Below the pieces are notes generated by a model that was not told where the DNA came from, made no database searches, and saw only the letters and a list, made by a program, of their open reading frames with translations. 64,000 bases of DNA from Planctomycetota bacterium (lineage in GTDB: Bacteria > Planctomycetota > Phycisphaerae > WQYP01), in contig JAJZCR010000001.1 in assembly GCA_021851715.1 (NCBI GenBank), positions 7,517 through 71,516 on the forward strand. Reading direction: 5' to 3'. Position numbers and translations under genes: made by a program. This document shows, one piece after another, positions 58,244-64,000 of the stretch (position 1 is the first letter of the stretch; the number at the start of each line of letters is the position of its first letter).

Positions 58244-58676
58244 AACCGATGCCCCCGGCGATTTTTTATATATTAACCTCCACGGTCAGGAATTGCCAGG
58301 GGCCTTACAGCCGCGTTTTTCGCCGCCACTAACTTTTGCACTGTTGCGCCGGTCCGGGATTGCCGCACCGTTTTAATCGTCGGCGACGGGCTGTCTATCC
58401 ACCAGGGCGAATTGCTTGAGTCGCGGCCAGTTAATTCGCAGGCAGAGAGCCGTCATCGGGGAGCTGCCAACGGCCATCGCCGGTCTGTTTTACGGGGGCA
58501 GCCTGCGACAACTGTCTGCGTGCTTTTTTGTAGTTGACCTATTCGCGGTGATTGTTGCTGCCGCCTCCAAAGTGTGCCAGCCCTCATTGCTGCGAAGGCA
58601 AGTTGATGGAGAGGTGCTATAATTCAATGGGTTGTCGGCGGTGCCCGGAAAGTCCGTTCTTGGAGGCTGTATTGTC

Positions 58677-58916
58677 ATGGCAGCGACTATCACTCATCCC
58701 CGTCCGGCCAGCGAAACGCTGGATATTTATTTTCTGGAAATGCGGGCGAAATTGCTGGAAATCGGTGCGACGCTGGATCGTATTGATCGCTCCGCGCGGC
58801 CGGAGGAAGTGGTTGCGGATCCGCGACTGGCGTTTATCCGGGAGGCTTTGGCAGTGCTGCAATCCGCCGGGCCGGAGCGGGCACGGCGGATAGAGGAACT
58901 CTATTCTCTTCAGTAA
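58677..58916 (+). CDS. Small hypothetical protein
   Basis: LDIYFLEMRAKLLEIGATLDRIDR; GGAGG RBS; co-oriented with the TatD-like gene. Confidence 0.7.
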   Translation: MAATITHPRPASETLDIYFLEMRAKLLEIGATLDRIDRSARPEEVVADPRLAFIREALAVLQSAGPERARRIEELYSLQ

Positions 58917-58974
58917 GTGGGTGCCGGGCAACGTGCTTGTGGGGGCTGGCGGCGATGACACGAGGAGCGTTTGA

Positions 58975-59838
58975 ATGTTTTTTATAGATCCGCATATTCA
59001 CATGGTATCGCGCACGACGGCGGATTATGAGATGCTGGCGCTGTCGGGAGTGGTGGCAGTAAGCGAGCCGGCGTTTTGGGCCGGGTTTGACCGTTCGCCG
59101 GCGGGCTTTGTTGATTATTTTCGGCAGTTGACGGAATTTGAACCCGTGCGGGCGGCGCAATTCGGCATTGATCATTATTGCTGGATATGTTTAAACCCCA
59201 AAGAGGCGGAAGATTTGGGCAAGGCACGTGAGGTTTTGGCGGAAATGCCGCGATTTTTGGATCAACCCAATGTGCTGGGCATTGGAGAGATCGGGCTGAA
59301 TAAAAATACCGCCAACGAGGTCAAGGTATTTCAGCAGCACGTGCAGATGGCCATTGATGCGGCCCGCCGACAAACAGCGGGTGCTTCCCCGGCCATGCGT
59401 CATGCCCTGATTCTGATTCATACTCCGCACCTGCAGGACAAGCTCAAAGGTACGCGGCTGATTTTGGAGATGCTCAAGGATTTCGGCAACGCGATTGATC
59501 CCGGCCGGGTGCTGATCGATCACGTGGAGGAACACACCATCGGCCTGGTGAAAGAGGCGGGGTATTGGGCGGGCATGACGATTTACCCGATCAGCAAAGC
59601 CACACCGCAGCGGGCGGTGGATATGATGGAAATGTATGGGCCGGAGCGTCTATGCGTCAATGCGGCCGCGGATTGGGGCGTGAGCGATCCGCTCAACACC
59701 CATCGGACCATGCAGGAGGCGCGTCGTCGCGGGCACCCGCTGCCGGTGCTGCTGGATGTATTTTATAACAACCCGGCCCGATTTTTCGGCCAAAATCCCC
59801 GCTTCAAGCCCAAACCCATGCGGATGGCCACGCTCTAA
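58975..59838 (+). CDS. TatD-family metallohydrolase (EboB-like)
   Basis: IDPHIHMVSRTT, EPAFW, GIGEIGL, IHTPH, IDHVEE, AADWG. Confidence 0.85.
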   Translation: MFFIDPHIHMVSRTTADYEMLALSGVVAVSEPAFWAGFDRSPAGFVDYFRQLTEFEPVRAAQFGIDHYCWICLNPKEAEDLGKAREVLAEMPRFLDQPNVLGIGEIGLNKNTANEVKVFQQHVQMAIDAARRQTAGASPAMRHALILIHTPHLQDKLKGTRLILEMLKDFGNAIDPGRVLIDHVEEHTIGLVKEAGYWAGMTIYPISKATPQRAVDMMEMYGPERLCVNAAADWGVSDPLNTHRTMQEARRRGHPLPVLLDVFYNNPARFFGQNPRFKPKPMRMATL

Positions 59839-59907
59839 CTCAGTGGAGCAAGCGTTCGTCCTATTCCCACATCTCCGTTGGCTGTTGGAGCACCAGCGCA
59901 CTTTGCC

Positions 59908-61785
59908 TTAATGCTGTTGGAGAGGCCTGGTCGCCGGCAGCAGGGGCGAGGGCGAACCAGCGGGACGGGTTGTGGGGAGCGTCTTGGGTTCCAGCCATGG
60001 CGGAAGATGCAAGGGTACATGAGCCAGTGCCGGGTTAAGGCGGATGACTTTTTGGTACATGGCCTGGGCCTTCCGGTTGTGACCGGCCAGCAGGTAAAGG
60101 GCGGCCAGTTCCTGCGTGGCCCCCAGATTATGCCTGTCCAGCATCAGGACATGCTCATAGGCCTTTCTGGCCAGCAGGTACTGATGCAGGCGTTCGCTGC
60201 ACCAGGCGTATTCCGACCAGGCAAAGACCTGGTTGGGCGCACGGTCTAAAACGCGTTCCCAATACCACTTGGCCCGCCGATATTCACCTAAATCCTGATG
60301 CAATTGAGCCAGTCCCATGTGTACGTAGAGATTATCCGGCAGTACGCGATTGGCTTTTTTCATAAAGGGCATGGCTTCGTGGAGATATTTTCTATTGTTG
60401 AGCCGGTTGCCCAGGGTATTGAGCGCCCCGCCGTAACCTAAGTTTCCTTCGCCTGAATTGGGGTCATACGCCAGAACGTGGGCCCATAAATAGGCGCTGG
60501 ATTCGTAGTTCCGGCTTTGGGCATAACTGATGTCCGTGAGCAGAATAAGAATTACCGCACTGCAGATTCCGAAAACCAGTTTTGCCCTTGTGCCTGCCCA
60601 CTGCGAGAGCCGCCACAATCCCGCGGCAAAACCGGTGATCAGGGCGATGCAGGCCAGATATTGATAATGATCCGCCACAAAGGTGTAGATCATGGTGTAA
60701 TAGGAAATAAATCCCAAAATCGGCCCGATCAGCAGGGTGTAGATAATAAGCATGACCGAAAAGCCCCGGCCCAGGCGATGGCGCAGCAGCCACGCGGCGG
60801 CAAAAACGCCCACGACGGCGATCGGATACATCCAGTGCCACCCGCCCAGCGTGTGCAGATTCCATCGCCGGTACACTTCCAGCAGGGGGATAGGCCAGAG
60901 CAGCTTGCCGGGGTAAAACCACCAGGCCCGGCTGGCGATGAGCACCCGTTGCACCATGGACAAATCCCATGTGCGGCCCTCCGCGCCGGAAGCGGCGCGT
61001 TCCACATGAATGGTAATCCAGGCGAAAAGCGCCGCCGCGATAAACCATGGGACGACGGCGCGAATATCCTGCCATTGAATTTTTCCGCGTTTCCACCAGA
61101 GCAATGCCAGCAACACCACAGGCAAGGTCAATCCAGCAGTTTTGGCCGTCAGGGCCAGTACAAACAAGGCGGTGGCGCACCAGTACCATTTCCAGTGATA
61201 GTGCGCAGGTGGAATCTGGCAGCCCGAATGCGGGTCGGGCGATGCATCCAGCCCGGAAGCGCGCACATAGGCCAGGGTGGCCAGCAGGTATAAAAATCCG
61301 GAGAGCAGATTTTTCATTTCAGCCACCCAGCCGACGGTTTCCACCTGCACCGGATGAATGGTGAAAATGGCCGCCGCCAGCCACGCTCCGCGAATACGTA
61401 ATCGAGCCAGCAGCCACCAGAGCAAGAGTCCATTGATCGCTTGCAGCAGGATATTCACCAGGTGATACCAGATCGGATTGAAGTTCCAGAGGTGATATTC
61501 GACGTTAAATACGGTAAACACCAGCGGATAATACTGCGGATCCTGGGTGAGGTTGATCCAGGCCATCAGGAGTTTATCCCAATGCAACACCACTGGATTG
61601 TGCAGCAGCCACAGCCGGTCATCCCAGATGAATTTGGCCCAGCGCAGGGGGGCGTAGGCGATCAGGGTCAGCAGCAAAATGCCCACTGCTCCCACCGGCA
61701 CGGCCCAGCCGGAGGTGTTGCCGGCGGGCAGGTTGGTGTTTTTTGTACCAGGCTGGTTGGCGGAGTTTGACTTTTCTTCAAGCAT
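59908..61785 (-). CDS. TMTC-like GT-C glycosyltransferase with C-terminal TPRs
   Basis: FIWDD, YYPL, HPVQVETVGWVAE, AKT, VADHYQYL; many TM helices; TPR tail. Confidence 0.85.
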   Translation of the reverse strand: MLEEKSNSANQPGTKNTNLPAGNTSGWAVPVGAVGILLLTLIAYAPLRWAKFIWDDRLWLLHNPVVLHWDKLLMAWINLTQDPQYYPLVFTVFNVEYHLWNFNPIWYHLVNILLQAINGLLLWWLLARLRIRGAWLAAAIFTIHPVQVETVGWVAEMKNLLSGFLYLLATLAYVRASGLDASPDPHSGCQIPPAHYHWKWYWCATALFVLALTAKTAGLTLPVVLLALLWWKRGKIQWQDIRAVVPWFIAAALFAWITIHVERAASGAEGRTWDLSMVQRVLIASRAWWFYPGKLLWPIPLLEVYRRWNLHTLGGWHWMYPIAVVGVFAAAWLLRHRLGRGFSVMLIIYTLLIGPILGFISYYTMIYTFVADHYQYLACIALITGFAAGLWRLSQWAGTRAKLVFGICSAVILILLTDISYAQSRNYESSAYLWAHVLAYDPNSGEGNLGYGGALNTLGNRLNNRKYLHEAMPFMKKANRVLPDNLYVHMGLAQLHQDLGEYRRAKWYWERVLDRAPNQVFAWSEYAWCSERLHQYLLARKAYEHVLMLDRHNLGATQELAALYLLAGHNRKAQAMYQKVIRLNPALAHVPLHLPPWLEPKTLPTTRPAGSPSPLLPATRPLQQH

Positions 61786-61832
61786 GACAAGTTCCGATGC
61801 AGGACGAGTGCCAGTGTAACATGAAAGACGCA

Positions 61833-64000
61833 TTATTCATGAGGCGGTCCGGTCCCGGCCGACGGCCGTATGGGCGGGTGGTGGACCATAATATCCGGAT
61901 CAATTTTTTTGGCCTGTTTAACGCACGCCCGGGCCTGGGCCGACAGGCCCTGCTTTTGCAAAGCCACGGACAAAAGCATCCAGCCCATGGCATTGTGGGA
62001 ATTGATTTTCAGCGATTGGCGAAGCTGGACCGCGGCCCGCCGGTAAACCTCGTTGCGGAGCAGAAACAAACCGTAAGCCTGGTATAACTCGGCACTGTGG
62101 GGACGGCGGGCCAGCAGGTGGTGATATTCCTGGTTGGCCTGATCGACCAGACCAAGATGGGCCAACAGGCGGGCGTAAGCAAAGCGCAGCGGAATATTTT
62201 CAGGATCCAGCTTCACGGCCCGTCGATACTCGCGGACGGCCAGCGCCGGTTTTCCCGTGTGCAGAAACATCGCCCCGAGAGCCTCGTGCGCCGATGTGTC
62301 GGCAGGGGATATCCGCACGGTCTTGCGAAGATACTTTATCGCCTGGGGCCACCGGCCCATGTACATGAGCACCTGTCCCATGGCCATATTGGCCTGGGGC
62401 ATATCGGGATGGGCTTTTACAGCCGCTCTGGCGTAGCTTAGCGCGAGCTTGGCGTGGTGATGCGCCAGAGCCAGGCTGGCCAGGCGGCTTAAGGCGCGGC
62501 CATTGTGCGGGTCGCGCTTGAGGATGTCGAAGAGTTCAGCCAGGCCCGCTCTGGTATCGCCAACTTCGAAGTCTGCTTTGGACAGCAGCAGTCGCGCGGA
62601 AAGGTCATTGGGTTCTATGGCAATGGCTTGCTGGGCCTCGTGCCGGGCGCTAAATACCCGGGCCGGGCGGCGGCGCATGGCAATTTGCGCCAGGTTATTG
62701 CGCGCGGGCCACGCCAGCGGATTGCTTTTCAAGGTGCTGTGCCACAGCATGGAGGGGCTTTGATAAAGCCGGGCATTCAGGTTGGAAACCGTCAGTAAAA
62801 TCAACACCACCACCAGCCCGAGGGCCTCCATGGTGATGCGTCCTCCGGTGTTGAGCCGATCATGCCATAGCCGCCACCCGGCACCAATCAATGCCATGAT
62901 TCCCAGGATGGCCAGGTAGGAAAGCGTATTGGCCGCAGTGGTGTAACGCATCCAGGGCATTTTAATCAGGCCGATCACCGGCAATACCGCCAGGAGGTAA
63001 AACCCCAACCCCAGCAGAATGGCGCGGCCCATCCGATTGTGTTTAGCGGCCAGCCAGAGCAAGGCGGCGAAGACCGCCGCGGCAGCCACCAGCGGCAGAT
63101 AAGCCCAAAAGCCGGCGGCGGCAATGGGCCACGGTCTGTAAATCAGGGTCAGGTTTACCGGCCAAAGCAACTTGAAAAGATAAAACCAAAACGCCCAACC
63201 ACTTATCGCCAATCGCCGGCCTAACGGCAGATGGACTTTGGCGGCAATAGGACCTGAAAACCAAAGCGTGGCCGCCACCACCACCACCACCACAAAAATC
63301 AGCACCGGCACCAGATCATTCAACATGCGCCGGTTCAGCCGTTCGCCCCGCCACCAACCCAGCAGCAGCAGCAGCAGCGGTGCTCCCGCAACCAGCATGG
63401 GGTGGCAAAGCAGGGCCGCCACGATGAACGCCAGGCTGACAATGCGCCGCCATGGGTGCTGGGGGGTATCCAGATAATCAACCCAAAACCACAGGCCTCC
63501 GAGCAAAAAGCCGGTGGCCAGTATGCTGCCGGTCTGGGAAATGTAGGCGGTGGTTTGCAGCGTCAGCGGATGCACGGCAAAAATTAAGGCGGCGGCGAAG
63601 GCTCCGGGCATGGCCAACCGGATCAGAAATCGCCAAAGTAAAATCACCAGGCCGCTGGTGAGCACCAGGCTCAGGACATGATAGTTCAGCGGCGATGGGC
63701 CAAAAAAGTGGTATTCCAGCCAGAAGAGGGTTTTGGTTAAAGGGGCAAAATGTGTTTGTGACGGCGAGTACCAGACGTTGCTCAGGCCCGCTTTACCGGT
63801 GACCAGCACATTGTTGAGAATGTTGTCCCAATCCTGCCAAATGAAGCGACCATTGAGCGCCGGCCAGGAGGCGATCCACACGGCGGCTACCAGCAAAGCT
63901 CCGTTGATGAAAGTGCGCAGCGGAATGGCCCAGACCTTCCATTGCCGGGGGGTGGGTAAGCTGCCACCAACTGTATTTGCCGGCGGTGTTGCGCCACTGT
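61833..64000 (-). CDS. Second TMTC-like GT-C/TPR protein (5' end beyond the window)
   Basis: Same architecture with more TPRs; frame open to the window edge. Confidence 0.8.
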   Translation of the reverse strand, partial: SGATPPANTVGGSLPTPRQWKVWAIPLRTFINGALLVAAVWIASWPALNGRFIWQDWDNILNNVLVTGKAGLSNVWYSPSQTHFAPLTKTLFWLEYHFFGPSPLNYHVLSLVLTSGLVILLWRFLIRLAMPGAFAAALIFAVHPLTLQTTAYISQTGSILATGFLLGGLWFWVDYLDTPQHPWRRIVSLAFIVAALLCHPMLVAGAPLLLLLLGWWRGERLNRRMLNDLVPVLIFVVVVVVAATLWFSGPIAAKVHLPLGRRLAISGWAFWFYLFKLLWPVNLTLIYRPWPIAAAGFWAYLPLVAAAAVFAALLWLAAKHNRMGRAILLGLGFYLLAVLPVIGLIKMPWMRYTTAANTLSYLAILGIMALIGAGWRLWHDRLNTGGRITMEALGLVVVLILLTVSNLNARLYQSPSMLWHSTLKSNPLAWPARNNLAQIAMRRRPARVFSARHEAQQAIAIEPNDLSARLLLSKADFEVGDTRAGLAELFDILKRDPHNGRALSRLASLALAHHHAKLALSYARAAVKAHPDMPQANMAMGQVLMYMGRWPQAIKYLRKTVRISPADTSAHEALGAMFLHTGKPALAVREYRRAVKLDPENIPLRFAYARLLAHLGLVDQANQEYHHLLARRPHSAELYQAYGLFLLRNEVYRRAAVQLRQSLKINSHNAMGWMLLSVALQKQGLSAQARACVKQAKKIDPDIMVHHPPIRPSAGTGPPHE

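Noticed and set aside
63273..63380. (ACC)n and (AGC)n trinucleotide runs
   Set aside because: They encode Val and Leu runs in TM helices; not contingency repeats.
1..64000. CRISPR array, tRNA, rRNA, tmRNA or RNase P RNA
   Set aside because: No regularly spaced repeats or diagnostic motifs found by eye; a covariance-model scan would be needed to exclude them fully.

Overview
GC-rich bacterial chromosome window. PEP-CTERM proteins, a prepilin/H-X9-DG protein, GntR-LacI hybrid regulators, RNase Y and a split nuoJ-N operon point to Planctomycetota, possibly Phycisphaerae (inference). The left part (1-17.3 kb, minus strand) is a regulator-led catabolic locus: two tandem-duplicated PEP-CTERM beta-helix proteins, a pilin-like protein, a large Tat protein with a degenerate PHP domain, a sulfatase, an unassigned glycoside hydrolase, a metal-ligand-altered M24 enzyme and a creatininase-family gene, preceded by an atypical subtilase. 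Next come a densely structured non-coding region before rny, redox/transport genes, a LamG-PEP-CTERM pseudogene fused to an IS630 end, and a second GntR-LacI regulator with a divergent GH/SGNH pair. Further on lie GT2 plus sulfotransferase, xerC, nuoJKLMN, an aminotransferase, an orphan kinase, a broken TA pair, panC and mbfA. The right part holds an ars operon (arsR-arsC-mini-arsD-acr3-arsM) preceded by a MITE, an ABC-ATPase plus TOPRIM-like candidate defence pair, a TatD/EboB-like gene and two tandem TMTC-like GT-C/TPR genes, one of which appears catalytically degenerate. No rRNA, tRNA or CRISPR array was seen. All calls come from reading motifs by eye; no searches were run.
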